A stretch of DNA of 64,000 nt from a bacterium (GTDB lineage Bacteria > Patescibacteriota > Minisyncoccia > Minisyncoccales > CG1-02-41-26). A program made the translations under genes and the position numbers. Location: contig JAUWWY010000002.1 in the NCBI GenBank assembly GCA_030616605.1, forward strand, positions 118,867-182,866, given 5' to 3'. Below are positions 1-10,126 of this stretch, piece by piece (position 1 is the stretch's first letter; every line of letters starts with the position of its first letter). The notes below the pieces were generated by a model that worked only from the letters and a program-made list of their open reading frames with translations, did no database searches and was not told the DNA's origin.

Positions 1-369
1 CTTGAACTCTTCAAACTTTTGCGCAATATTTCAGGAGTGGGACCAAAAGCAGCCTTGGAAATTTCTTCCCTTGGTCCTCCAGTTAAAATAAAAAAAGAAA
101 TAGAAAAAGGAAATGAGAAAATTTTTGAAGGTGTTCCTGGAATTGGCAAGAAAAAAGCAAAAAAAATTATTTTAGAACTTTCTGGAAAACTAAATATCCC
201 TGCTTCCTCTTCCCCAGAAGAAACTCTTCCCGAAGATGATACCATTTTAGCTTTAATTAATCTCGGCTTTAAAAAAGAGGAAGCAAAAAAAGCTTTATTC
301 CAGGTTCCTCAAGAAATTAAAGATACTCAAGAAAGAATTAAAAGGGCTTTAAAAATTTTAGGAAGATGA
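1..369 (+). CDS. ruvA: Holliday junction branch migration protein RuvA (5' truncated by window edge)
   Basis: HhH motifs ISGVGPKAA and VPGIGKKKAKKIILEL, C-terminal ALINLGF domain; frame open from base 1. Confidence 0.93.
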   Translation, partial: LELFKLLRNISGVGPKAALEISSLGPPVKIKKEIEKGNEKIFEGVPGIGKKKAKKIILELSGKLNIPASSSPEETLPEDDTILALINLGFKKEEAKKALFQVPQEIKDTQERIKRALKILGR

Positions 370-1664
370 AAGACCTAATCAAAAAATTTACCCCCGCCTT
401 TTTATTAAGTTGGTATCATTTTTTATTGGCTTTTTTGGGCGCTTTTTTTTATCAATTTCCAACAAAAAAATTGAAGGTTATTGGGGTTACCGGCACCAAG
501 GGAAAATCAACAGTGGTTGAATTAGGAGAAAGAATTTTGGAAGAAGCCGGATACAAAGTTGCTTCTATTTCTTCCATTAAATTTAAAATCGGGAAGAAAG
601 AATGGAAAAACGAATTGAAAATGACCATGCCGGGAAGATTTAAACTTCAAAGATTTTTAAGGAAAGCACTAAATAGAGGTTGCCAATATGCTATTTTGGA
701 GGTGACTTCCGAAGGAATCCTGCAGTACCGACACAAGTTTATTGATTTCAATGTTGCGGTTTTTACCAATCTCTCGCCTGAACATATTGAAAGACACGGT
801 TCTTTTGAAAAATACCGGGAAGCCAAAGGAAAACTTTTTAAGCAGTGTCCCAAAACCCACATTATAAATTTAGATGATAGAAATTCAGAGTATTTTTTAC
901 AATTTTCAGCTGAAAGAAAATTAGTTTTTTCAACTTTCCGAAGTCCAACCTCCTCAGGAGGTCGAACTTCGGGTATTAAGGCCGACAATATTCAAGAACT
1001 TGCTACTGGAATAAGTTTTGAGATTCAAGGCGTTAGTTTTAACCTGAATTTAATTAGTAAATTTAATGTTGAAAATGCCTTGGCAGCAATTTGTCTTGCT
1101 TTATCTCAAGATGTTAGTCTTGAAAATTGTAAAAAGACATTAGAGAAAGTCAAGGGAATTCCCGGAAGAATGGAAATTGTTATTAGAAAACCTTTTAAAG
1201 TAATTGTTGATTATGCCCATACCCCTGATTCGCTTCGTAAAGTATATGAAACTTTACTCAGCTCAAAATCAAAAATGATTTGTGTATTGGGTTCTTGTGG
1301 TGGCGGAAGAGATAAATGGAAAAGACCAAAATTGGGAGAAATTGCTGCAAAATATTGCGATGAAATTATTTTAACTAATGAAGACCCATATGATGAGAAT
1401 CCCTTGCAAATTATTAATGAAATAGAGCAAGGGATTCTCAAGCCCAAAGCCCAAAGCTCAAAGCTCAAAACCTTTCATAAGATTTTGGATAGAAGAGAAG
1501 CAATAAACAAGGCATTAAGTTCGGCAAAACCAACTGATACAATAATCATCACTGGTAAGGGTTCTGAACCCTGGATGTGTATTGAGAAAGGTAAAAAAAT
1601 TCCTTGGGATGATCGTCAGATTGTTAAAGAAGAATATGAAAAAATACGAAATTTTAGAACATAA
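366..1664 (+). CDS. murE: Mur ligase, MurE-like UDP-N-acetylmuramoyl-tripeptide synthetase
   Basis: GVTGTKGKST P-loop, EVTS, FTNLSPEH, VDYAHTPD, GGGRD, TNEDP, ITGKGSE motifs. Confidence 0.88.
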   Translation: MKDLIKKFTPAFLLSWYHFLLAFLGAFFYQFPTKKLKVIGVTGTKGKSTVVELGERILEEAGYKVASISSIKFKIGKKEWKNELKMTMPGRFKLQRFLRKALNRGCQYAILEVTSEGILQYRHKFIDFNVAVFTNLSPEHIERHGSFEKYREAKGKLFKQCPKTHIINLDDRNSEYFLQFSAERKLVFSTFRSPTSSGGRTSGIKADNIQELATGISFEIQGVSFNLNLISKFNVENALAAICLALSQDVSLENCKKTLEKVKGIPGRMEIVIRKPFKVIVDYAHTPDSLRKVYETLLSSKSKMICVLGSCGGGRDKWKRPKLGEIAAKYCDEIILTNEDPYDENPLQIINEIEQGILKPKAQSSKLKTFHKILDRREAINKALSSAKPTDTIIITGKGSEPWMCIEKGKKIPWDDRQIVKEEYEKIRNFRT

Positions 1665-2037
1665 AGCTGATTTAAAAATTAGAGCTTTTGGTAAAACAAA
1701 AGAGGAGCTTTTTTTAAATATGATGTTAGGAATGCAGGAATCGCTTCAAGCAGAAAAAAGAAAAGAAGAAGCAAAAAGAGAAATAAAAATTGAATCTAAT
1801 GATTTAAATTCTCTTTTGGTTGATTTTCTTTCAGAACTTAATTATTTAAACGAAACAGAAAAAGAAGTTTACAATGATATAAAGTTTAAGGAGTTCAGTG
1901 CTGTTAAAATAAAAGGAGAAGTTTTGGGTCAAAAAGTAGAGAGCTTTGAAGAAGACATTAAAGCTGTCACCTATCATAGTTTAGATATTCATCAAAAAAA
2001 TGGAATCTGGCAAGCCACTGTTCTTTTTGATATCTGA
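1636..2037 (+). CDS. Archease (RtcB activator); start moved to ATG 1636
   Basis: YEILEHKADLKIRAFG N-terminus, IKAVTYH and terminal LFDI. Confidence 0.92.
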   Translation: MKKYEILEHKADLKIRAFGKTKEELFLNMMLGMQESLQAEKRKEEAKREIKIESNDLNSLLVDFLSELNYLNETEKEVYNDIKFKEFSAVKIKGEVLGQKVESFEEDIKAVTYHSLDIHQKNGIWQATVLFDI

Positions 2038-2127
2038 ACTTTTCGGGCTTGATTTAAAATTTTTATTGACTAAAATTAGAATACTTAATGTTTTTTAACA
2101 AATTAATAAAGAAAGAAGGGAAAGAAA

Positions 2128-3081
2128 ATGAAACTAGAAGAATTAAAAGAAATCTTCAGCCGTTATGAAGGAAATCCTATTTTAACAGCCGAAGATTGGC
2201 CCTATCAAACAGCAGCTGTATTTAATCCTGGAGCAATAAAGTTTAATAACCAAGTTTTATTGTTGGTCCGGGTTGAAGATATGGAGGGATGTTCGCATTT
2301 AACTCGAGCCACAAGCAGGGATGGGAAAACAAATTGGCAAATAAGTTCAAAACCGACACTGAAGGCAGAAGAAAATAAAGGAGAAGGTAAATTTGGATTA
2401 GAGGACCCGAGAATTGTTTGGCTAGAGGAACGGCAAGAGTATATCATCACTTGTGTTTCTTTCTTTTCTGGCGTAACAAGAGAACCACCCGGTATTTCCA
2501 TGGCAACGACGAAGGACTTTCTTGACTTTGAGCGTTTGGATCGGCCCTTGATTCCCTTAAATAAAGATGCTTCTTTATTTTCTAAAACTTTCAAGGGTCG
2601 TTATGCTCTTATTCACAGACCCATTGTTGAAGGGAGAGCTGATATTTGGGTTTCTTTTTCACCAGACCTGAAATATTGGGGTGAAAATAGGGTATTGATT
2701 TCCGCCAGACACAGGACTTGGGATGAGCAAAGAGTAGGATTAGGACCTTCTCCTATTGAAACTTCGGAGGGTTGGTTGATTATTTACCACGGAGTCCGAG
2801 TAACAGCTTCTGGAAGCCTTTATCGGGTTGGATTAGCTTTATTGGATTTAGATACTTTAGAGATAATCCATCGGAGCAAAGAATGGGTTCTGGGCCCAAA
2901 AGAGGATTACGAAAGGATAGGTAATGTAGATCACATTATTTTTCCTTGCGGTTTTGTTGTAAATGAAGAATCTAAGAATCTTTTGCTTTATTATGGAGCA
3001 GCTGATTCTGTGATTGGAGTAGCTGAAGCGAATTTAATGGATGTAATTGACTATTTAAAAAAATGTCCAGGGCAGGATTAA
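2128..3081 (+). CDS. GH130-family glycoside phosphorylase/hydrolase
   Basis: NPIL, FNPGA, EDPRI, NKDA, HRP, IYHG, YYGAAD motifs. Confidence 0.88.
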   Translation: MKLEELKEIFSRYEGNPILTAEDWPYQTAAVFNPGAIKFNNQVLLLVRVEDMEGCSHLTRATSRDGKTNWQISSKPTLKAEENKGEGKFGLEDPRIVWLEERQEYIITCVSFFSGVTREPPGISMATTKDFLDFERLDRPLIPLNKDASLFSKTFKGRYALIHRPIVEGRADIWVSFSPDLKYWGENRVLISARHRTWDEQRVGLGPSPIETSEGWLIIYHGVRVTASGSLYRVGLALLDLDTLEIIHRSKEWVLGPKEDYERIGNVDHIIFPCGFVVNEESKNLLLYYGAADSVIGVAEANLMDVIDYLKKCPGQD

Positions 3082-3090
3082 TTATTTACC

Positions 3091-3122
3091 AGAGAGCTAG
3101 TCTAAGACTAGCTCTCTTTCTT
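3091..3122 (+). terminator. Intrinsic terminator after the GH130 gene
   Basis: AGAGAGCTAGTC-taa-GACTAGCTCTCT hairpin followed by T-rich tract. Confidence 0.8.
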
Positions 3123-3161
3123 TTATTTTCGCGAAAATTCAAGTAAAATAAAGATAGAATT

Positions 3162-4607
3162 ATGATTTCAAAAAAAGATTTTATAAAATTAAACGATTGG
3201 CTTTGGGAGATTCCAAAAAGTTTCAGAGCCGATATGAGAGTTCCGGCTCGAGCTTATGTTACCGAAAAAATGCTTGAAGAAAGTTTTGAAGACAGGTCTC
3301 TTAAGCAACTTGTTAATGTTAGTACTTTGCCAGGAGTTATAAATTACAGTCTGGCTATGCCTGATATGCATGAGGGTTATGGTTTCCCAATTGGGGGAGT
3401 GGCAGCTATGAGAATAGCTGACGGAGTAATTTCTCCGGGTGGAGTGGGCTATGATATAAATTGCGGAATGCGGCTTTTAAAATCAGATTATTTAGAAAAA
3501 GACATCAAACCTCATTTGGAAAATTTAGCTGCAGAGATCCAAAAAGAAGTTCCCTCTGGTCTTGGTCGAGGGAGACAAATAAAAATTGATATCCAAAGTA
3601 TAGACCGAGTTTTAGAAGGAGGAGCAAGGAGATTAGTTGAACAGGGTTATGGTGAGAAAGAAGATTTAGAAAATTGTGAGTCAAATGGAAGATTTCCTCA
3701 AGCTGATGTCGATAATGTTTCTGAGCATGCTAAAAATCGAGGCAGAAATCAATTAGGAACTCTTGGAAGCGGAAATCATTTTTTGGAAATCCAAAAAATA
3801 GGGGAAATTTTTGATGAGGAAATAGCAAAAACTTTTGGCTTATTTAGAGACCAGGTCGTGATTATGATTCATACCGGATCGCGAGGTCTTGGTCATCAAA
3901 TCGCTACCGATTACATCAAAATAATGATGCAAGCTATGCAAAAATATGATATAAGATTACCCGACCAAGAGTTAGCAGCTTGTCCAATAAATTCGAGAGA
4001 AGGCAAAAAATATTTTTCAGCCATGGCTTGTGGAGCAAATTATGCTTGGGCAAATCGCCAAATGATAGCTCATTATGTTAGAAAGGCCTGGAAATCGATT
4101 TTAGGAGAAAAAGCTTCGCCACTTTCTGCTCTTTATGATGTTGCCCACAATATTGCAAAAATCGAAAAACACAAAGTTGGAGGTAAAAAAATAGAAGTTT
4201 GTCTTCATAGAAAAGGTGCTACTCGGGCTTTTCCTCCCGAACATTTAGAAATTCCAGAAAAATATAGAAAGGTTGGCCAGCCGGTTTTAATACCTGGCTC
4301 TATGGGAACTGCCTCTTATGTATTAGTTGGGACAAGAGAAGGAGAGGAAGCTTTTTTTAGTACCTGTCATGGGGCTGGCCGGACCATGTCGCGGCATGCA
4401 GCTATTAGAAGATTTCCCGGGAAAGAAGTGATAAGGGATTTGAAGGAAAAAGGAATTATTATCAAGTGTCGGAGTTTCAGAGGAATAGCTGAGGAAGCAC
4501 CATTGGCTTACAAAAATATTGATGATGTTGTTGAAATAGTACATAATGCTGGCTTATCAAAAAAAGTAGCAAAACTCGTTCCTTTAGCAGTTGTTAAAGG
4601 GGAATAA
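3162..4607 (+). CDS. rtcB: RtcB RNA ligase (archaeal-like long form)
   Basis: MPDMHEGYGFPIGG, VGYDINCG, LGSGNHFLE, HTGSRG, HRKGAT, HGAGR motifs. Confidence 0.96.
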   Translation: MISKKDFIKLNDWLWEIPKSFRADMRVPARAYVTEKMLEESFEDRSLKQLVNVSTLPGVINYSLAMPDMHEGYGFPIGGVAAMRIADGVISPGGVGYDINCGMRLLKSDYLEKDIKPHLENLAAEIQKEVPSGLGRGRQIKIDIQSIDRVLEGGARRLVEQGYGEKEDLENCESNGRFPQADVDNVSEHAKNRGRNQLGTLGSGNHFLEIQKIGEIFDEEIAKTFGLFRDQVVIMIHTGSRGLGHQIATDYIKIMMQAMQKYDIRLPDQELAACPINSREGKKYFSAMACGANYAWANRQMIAHYVRKAWKSILGEKASPLSALYDVAHNIAKIEKHKVGGKKIEVCLHRKGATRAFPPEHLEIPEKYRKVGQPVLIPGSMGTASYVLVGTREGEEAFFSTCHGAGRTMSRHAAIRRFPGKEVIRDLKEKGIIIKCRSFRGIAEEAPLAYKNIDDVVEIVHNAGLSKKVAKLVPLAVVKGE

Positions 4608-4687
4608 AATTTCTTCTTGAAAATTTAAATAGAATAAGCTAAAATACAGGATACTATGTTAAACTCTTTTAGACTCTTTTTTTATTT

Positions 4688-4837
4688 ATGGCAAAAAAAA
4701 GACTTCCAAAAAGTCTTCGCAAGTATATTCGCAAAGAAAAAACTCGGATTCACCGGGAAATTTTGAATTTAAAAGAACAAGAAGAGGAAATTAAAAAACT
4801 TTATCAAAAAATTTTAAAAGAATATGAACATAAATGA
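4688..4837 (+). CDS. Small basic protein, 49 aa, missing from the ORF track
   Basis: Hand translation MAKKRLPKSLRKYIRKEKTRIHREILNLKEQEEEIKKLYQKILKEYEHK*; stop overlaps the start of the next gene. Confidence 0.65.
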   Translation: MAKKRLPKSLRKYIRKEKTRIHREILNLKEQEEEIKKLYQKILKEYEHK

Positions 4838-5768
4838 AATCTACAATTTAGCCATTAAAATGGGAACTGAGGCCGATTTTCGAGGAGAAGAAGGTGTTAA
4901 AAAGTTTTTAGAAAGAAAACAACAGAAATATAGAAAACTCAGTGACAAAGAAAAAGAAGAATTTGACAAAGAAAGTTTAGAAAATCCTTATTTAGACTCA
5001 AGAATTTACCATATTGCCGAAGACAAGGAAATTAAAAAAGTTTTGGTTGGAATTGACATTGAGCCAGCAGAAATTTTAATGACAAAAGAAATTGGCGAAA
5101 TAGATTTAGTAATCGCCCATCATCCTTTAGGTAGAGGATTAGCTCATTTAGCAGACGTGATGGATTTGCAATGTGATGTTTTAAATTTTTATGGAGTTCC
5201 AATCAATATTGCCGAGGGTTTAATGAAAGAGAAAATTAATGAAGTAGCCAGAGGGGTCAATAAATTAAATCATCAGAGAACGGTTGATGCCGCTGGACTT
5301 TTAAAGATAAATTTAATGAATTCTCATACCCCTTGCGATAATTTAGCAGCAAGATTTTTAAAAAATTTAATTGAAAAAGAAAAACCGGAAAGAATTAGTG
5401 AGTTAGTGGATTTGTTAAAACAAATTCCCGAAAACAAAGAAGCAGTAAAAATTGGAGCTGGGCCTAAAATTTTTGTTGGCAACCCAGAAAACCGCTGTGG
5501 CAAAATTGCTTTAATTGAAATTACAGGTGGCACTGAGGGCTCGCCAAAACTCTATGAAAAAATGACTCAAGCCGGCATTGGTACAATAGTTGGAATGCAC
5601 GTTTCCGAAGAACATAAAAAAGAAGCAGAGGCTGCTAATTTAAATGTAGTTATTGCCGGCCATATGTCTTCTGATTCTTTGGGAGTAAATTTATTTTTAG
5701 ATGAACTTGAAAAACAGGGAATAGAAATTATCCCTTGTTCTGGTTTAATTAGAGTTTCAAGAAATTAA
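4824..5768 (+). CDS. NIF3/DUF34-like metal-binding protein
   Basis: IAHHP, HTPCDN, GMH, IAGHMSSDSLG motifs. Confidence 0.8.
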   Translation: MNINEIYNLAIKMGTEADFRGEEGVKKFLERKQQKYRKLSDKEKEEFDKESLENPYLDSRIYHIAEDKEIKKVLVGIDIEPAEILMTKEIGEIDLVIAHHPLGRGLAHLADVMDLQCDVLNFYGVPINIAEGLMKEKINEVARGVNKLNHQRTVDAAGLLKINLMNSHTPCDNLAARFLKNLIEKEKPERISELVDLLKQIPENKEAVKIGAGPKIFVGNPENRCGKIALIEITGGTEGSPKLYEKMTQAGIGTIVGMHVSEEHKKEAEAANLNVVIAGHMSSDSLGVNLFLDELEKQGIEIIPCSGLIRVSRN

Positions 5769-5771
5769 AAT

Positions 5772-6920
5772 ATGAAAAAATTTTTATTCACTTCAGAATC
5801 AGTTGCTCCTGGGCATCCAGACAAGATATGTGATACCATTGCTGACGCGGTTTTAGATACTATATTAAAAAAAGATAAATATGGAAGAGTGGCTTGTGAA
5901 GTAATGGTTGGTAATGGTTATGTTATTGTGGGAGGAGAGGTTACTACTAAAACCTGGATCGATGTAAATAATTTAGCTCGTCAAGTTATAAAGGATATTG
6001 GTTATGATAAACCAGAATATGGTTTTGATTATCATGCAGTAGGAGTTTTTAATACTATTCATGAACAATCACCAGATATTGCCCGGGGGGTGAAAAAAAC
6101 CGCTACTAAAGAACAAGGAGCTGGTGATCAAGGGATGATGACGGGTTTTGCCTGTAAAGAGACACCAGAATTAATGCCTCTACCAATAATATTGGCCCAT
6201 AAATTAGTTAAAAGATTGGCTGATGTTCGGAGAAAGAAAAATTTGTCTTATTTAAGGCCTGACGGAAAATCACAAGTAACCATAGAATATCAAAATAATC
6301 TTCCTAAAAGATTGGATTCAGTGGTAATTTGTGCTCAACATGACCCTGATGTTTCTTTGACTCAAATTAGAAAAGATATAATTAAAAAGGTGATAAAACC
6401 AGTTTGTCAAAAATATTTAGACCAAAAAACAAAATTCTATATCAATAATACTGGTCGCTTTGTTATTGGTGGTCCGGTTTCAGATGCTGGAATGACTGGT
6501 AGGAAGATAGTCGTTGATACTTACGGGGGTACAGTACCGCCTGGCGGTGGAGCAATGTCAGGCAAGGATCCAACCAAAGTTGATAGGTCAGGTGCTTATA
6601 TGGCTCGTTATGTTGCTAAAAATATTGTAGCCGCTGGTTTGGCTGAGAAATGTTTCGTCAGAGTGGCTTATGTTATAGGAGGAGCAAAGCCCACTGAAGT
6701 AAGTATAGATACTTTTGGAACAGGGAAGGTTTCTGAAGAAAAACTTGAGAAAATAGTAAATAAAGTTTTTGAGTTATCTCCGGGAGGAATTATTAAACAG
6801 TTAAATTTATTACGTCCAATTTATAGAAAGACCGCCTGCTTTGGTCATTTTGGCAGGAAAGAGCCAGAATTTAGCTGGGAAAAGACTGATAAAGTTAAGG
6901 AATTGCTTAAATTAGTATGA
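5772..6920 (+). CDS. metK: S-adenosylmethionine synthetase
   Basis: [36 protein letters not shown]. Confidence 0.97.
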   Translation: MKKFLFTSESVAPGHPDKICDTIADAVLDTILKKDKYGRVACEVMVGNGYVIVGGEVTTKTWIDVNNLARQVIKDIGYDKPEYGFDYHAVGVFNTIHEQSPDIARGVKKTATKEQGAGDQGMMTGFACKETPELMPLPIILAHKLVKRLADVRRKKNLSYLRPDGKSQVTIEYQNNLPKRLDSVVICAQHDPDVSLTQIRKDIIKKVIKPVCQKYLDQKTKFYINNTGRFVIGGPVSDAGMTGRKIVVDTYGGTVPPGGGAMSGKDPTKVDRSGAYMARYVAKNIVAAGLAEKCFVRVAYVIGGAKPTEVSIDTFGTGKVSEEKLEKIVNKVFELSPGGIIKQLNLLRPIYRKTACFGHFGRKEPEFSWEKTDKVKELLKLV

Positions 6921-7765
6921 AAAGATATTCTCTTTTCTATTCCTGGCGGATTTTCTTTTTTGAGTTAATTTTATTTTGTTTAGCTCTAGGATTGGGTATT
7001 TTAGGAGGGCTAAAAATGGAAAAAATTTTTAAGGTTTATAAAATTTCCCCAACTAAAATTTCAGTAGGGGAATTTTTAATTTACTTTATTTTAGTAACAG
7101 GCATTTTGTTATTCTTGATTTACTTTTTTAAGCATAAAAAAAGTAAGACAGTGTTTTTGAAGGGGATTTTTCTCTTGACAATTACTTTTGGTAATTTTTA
7201 TTTCTTTAATTTATGGCTGCCCTCGCTTTACACAATTATCCTGGTAGCTTTCATAGTATTTTTGCTTCTCAAAACATCATGGCTATCAGTTCATAATCTG
7301 GCTATGGTTTTTGCTATAGCCGGAGTGGGGGCTGGTTTGGGTCTTAGCTTTCAGCCGGAAATGGTAATTTTACTTCTTCTAATTCTTTCAGTTTATGATT
7401 TTATTGCTGTTTACAAAACAAAACATATGATAAAGATGGCAAAAGAAATGCTCAGTCATCAAGCAATCTTAGGGATTATTGTCCCTCAAAAAATTTCTGA
7501 TTTCCAAACCAATCTAAAAGAAGTTAAGCCCGGGGGCAAGTTTCTAATCTTAGGAGCAGGGGATATAATTTTCCCTTTAATATTAGCTGTTTCTTTAATT
7601 CCTCAGGGGATTTTCCACAGTTTAATTGTTGCTTTATTTTCTTTAATTGGTCTTCTAGCTGGATTTTTAATTTTTATTTCTCAAAAAAAACGCCGAGCAA
7701 TTCCTGCTCTCCCTCCAATCGCCTTTTTCTCAATAATCGGCTATTTGGTAACTAGAATAATTTAA
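6917..7765 (+). CDS. Presenilin/signal-peptide-peptidase family GxGD intramembrane aspartyl protease
   Basis: Multi-TM protein with SVYD, LGAGD and PALP motifs in the canonical order. Confidence 0.85.
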   Translation: MKRYSLFYSWRIFFFELILFCLALGLGILGGLKMEKIFKVYKISPTKISVGEFLIYFILVTGILLFLIYFFKHKKSKTVFLKGIFLLTITFGNFYFFNLWLPSLYTIILVAFIVFLLLKTSWLSVHNLAMVFAIAGVGAGLGLSFQPEMVILLLLILSVYDFIAVYKTKHMIKMAKEMLSHQAILGIIVPQKISDFQTNLKEVKPGGKFLILGAGDIIFPLILAVSLIPQGIFHSLIVALFSLIGLLAGFLIFISQKKRRAIPALPPIAFFSIIGYLVTRII

Positions 7766-9387
7766 ACTAATTTTTTTAGCATATATGTATTTTCTAATCG
7801 GTAGCCTAATTTTCGGTAATAACCACGGACTCCGATTCCGGAAATTACAGCTATTTTCTTAAAGCCGTATTTTTTGGTAATTTTCTCAGCTTGTTTTATT
7901 AATTTTTTACCCAGGCCTTTATGTTGAGGTGAACCTGTCGAGGTTTGACCTCGATAGATTGGGAGCATTTGGCCGTAAGTGTGGACTTCCCTAATTATTG
8001 TCGCTTTTTTCAGAACTGGTAAGATTTCTGATTCGCGAGGTCGAGCTTCGTAAAAGGGAATTTTTAAGCGGAGGAGAGCGTAAATTTTCTCTCTTTTTTT
8101 GTTTTCAAAACTTAAAAATATTTCTTTCCCATCAGAAGCTGGATAATCTTCTTGAAAAAGATAAAGTTTTTCCTTTGGGTCATAGTTTTCTTTCACCTCT
8201 CTGCATCTTATACATTTGCATTTCCTTCCTTGTTTTTTCATTTCTTTTTGGACCAGTTCTCTTAAATTTGAGATTTTAGCTCCTCCTTCAATAATGCTTT
8301 CGGAAGGGATGTCTCTAACTATTCTTTGAATTCGACAATAATAGGGGATTCTTTTTTTAATCTCTATCAAAAGCTTAATTAGTCTCTCTTTTGAATATGG
8401 TTTAAATTTTACTTGTTGAGACCATTTATACAAAGGAGTTTTTTTAACTAAAGCCAAAGGATAAATTTTTAAAAGGTCTGGCTGGAAATCGGGATTTGAA
8501 AAAAGTTCTTCAAACATTTTGACATCTCTTTTAAAATTAGAGCCGGGTAAGTTGGGCATCATTTGATAAGAAACTTTAAAACCAGCATCTTTTAAAAGTT
8601 TTGTTGCTTTTATAGTCGCCAAAATTTTATGTCCTCTTTTGTTTATTTCTAAAACGTCATCATAAATACTTTGAACCCCAAGCTCCACTCTTGTTACTCC
8701 AAGCTTTCTCATTCTTTTTATTTCTTCAATATCTATATAATCTGGTCTGGTTTCAATAGTAATTCCAATTATCCGACATTTTGCTTTTTCATTTGTTTTT
8801 TGCAGTTTAAGAAGGTCAGACTTCCCAGAGGAAGTCGGACCTTCTTTTATAAATTCATTTGCTGCACGAAAACATTCTTTAATAAACCAAGTTTGGTATT
8901 TTTTTGGATAATAACTCCAAGTTCCCCCAATTATTCTTAACTCAATTTTATCAATTGGATGACCGGTTTTTTCTAAAGATTTTAGTCTTATCTGAACTTG
9001 TAAATAAGGGTTAAAATGAGTGAGAATAGCTCTGTCAACCGCCGGCTCTCCCTTTAAATAGCTTTGGGGAATATCTTTTTCTCTCGGGCAGTAAATACAT
9101 TTGCCTGGACAAGGATAGGACTTGGTTAAGACTGAAACATTGACTATCCCCGAAAATGAACGAACAGGTCTGGTCCGAAGTAAATTTTCCAGAATTTTTG
9201 AAGCTTTGACCTTTTTATTTTTGGTCATTTTATGGTAAGTTTTAAGTAGTTTGACATTAGTTGGACAGGAAACTTTGTATTTTTTAGCCATCTTTCTTTT
9301 AAAGGAATCCAAATCAGCCCGGCTTTTAATCTGAGCTTTTGGCATTTCTAAAATAAATTTTTCTAAAATTTTTCTATTTATTGACAT
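7762..9387 (-). CDS. elp3: Elp3 family tRNA U34 carboxymethyltransferase (radical SAM + GNAT)
   Basis: CPGKCIYCP cluster motif, PQSY, ETRPD, RVELGVQ, KIYP, IREVHTYG, QHKGLG, ISGIGVRGYYRKLGY. Confidence 0.93.
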   Translation of the reverse strand: MSINRKILEKFILEMPKAQIKSRADLDSFKRKMAKKYKVSCPTNVKLLKTYHKMTKNKKVKASKILENLLRTRPVRSFSGIVNVSVLTKSYPCPGKCIYCPREKDIPQSYLKGEPAVDRAILTHFNPYLQVQIRLKSLEKTGHPIDKIELRIIGGTWSYYPKKYQTWFIKECFRAANEFIKEGPTSSGKSDLLKLQKTNEKAKCRIIGITIETRPDYIDIEEIKRMRKLGVTRVELGVQSIYDDVLEINKRGHKILATIKATKLLKDAGFKVSYQMMPNLPGSNFKRDVKMFEELFSNPDFQPDLLKIYPLALVKKTPLYKWSQQVKFKPYSKERLIKLLIEIKKRIPYYCRIQRIVRDIPSESIIEGGAKISNLRELVQKEMKKQGRKCKCIRCREVKENYDPKEKLYLFQEDYPASDGKEIFLSFENKKREKIYALLRLKIPFYEARPRESEILPVLKKATIIREVHTYGQMLPIYRGQTSTGSPQHKGLGKKLIKQAEKITKKYGFKKIAVISGIGVRGYYRKLGYRLENTYMLKKLV

Positions 9388-10105
9388 GAAGAGAAAATAC
9401 GCCGAGTATTTACTAAAAAAGACTGAAGAAGATTATAATAAAATAGCTGACGAGTTTTCAAGAACTAGAGAGAAACCCTGGCCAGAAATTAAATTTTTAA
9501 TTGATGACTATGTTATTGCTGGAGAAAGAATTTTAGATTTGGGCTGCGGGAACGGCCGATTACTTGAATTATTTAAAGATAAAAAAGTGGATTATATTGG
9601 AACCGATTTTTCTGAAAAGTTAATCAAAATAGCCCAAAAAAGATATATTCCTCAATCTCGAACCTTTCTGCCTTTAGCTATAAGATTTTATCTGGCCGAT
9701 GCCTTAAACTTACCCTTTCCGCCTGTTTATTTTGATAAGATTTACAGTATTGCCACTTTACATCAGATTCCTTCTCAAGAATTTAGATTAGAGTTTTTAA
9801 AAGAAGTAAAAAGAGTTTTAAAGCCGGGCGGACTTTTCATTTTAACAGTTTGGAAATTTAAAAGCAAAAAAGAGTTGTTTTTAATTATAAAATACACTAT
9901 TTCGAAGCTCTTTTATAAATCAAAACTGGATTACCGAGATATTTTTGAACCCTGGGGTAAAAAAATAAAAAGATATTACCACTGCTTTTCTAAAAAAGAG
10001 TTAATAGCTTTGCTAAAAAAAGCTGATTTCAAGATTTTAGAAAGCGGAATCGTACGAAATAAAAGAGGTAACCGCAGCAACATTTATTTAGTGGCTAAAA
10101 AGTAA
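9386..10105 (+). CDS. Class I SAM methyltransferase, Trm9/ALKBH8-like
   Basis: YNKIADEFSRTREKPW, LDLGCGNGR, SIATLHQIP, RYYHCFSKKEL resemble Trm9/ALKBH8 methyltransferase motifs. Confidence 0.75.
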   Translation: MKRKYAEYLLKKTEEDYNKIADEFSRTREKPWPEIKFLIDDYVIAGERILDLGCGNGRLLELFKDKKVDYIGTDFSEKLIKIAQKRYIPQSRTFLPLAIRFYLADALNLPFPPVYFDKIYSIATLHQIPSQEFRLEFLKEVKRVLKPGGLFILTVWKFKSKKELFLIIKYTISKLFYKSKLDYRDIFEPWGKKIKRYYHCFSKKELIALLKKADFKILESGIVRNKRGNRSNIYLVAKK

Positions 10106-10126
10106 TCTAGATGGTAGAATAAAAAC

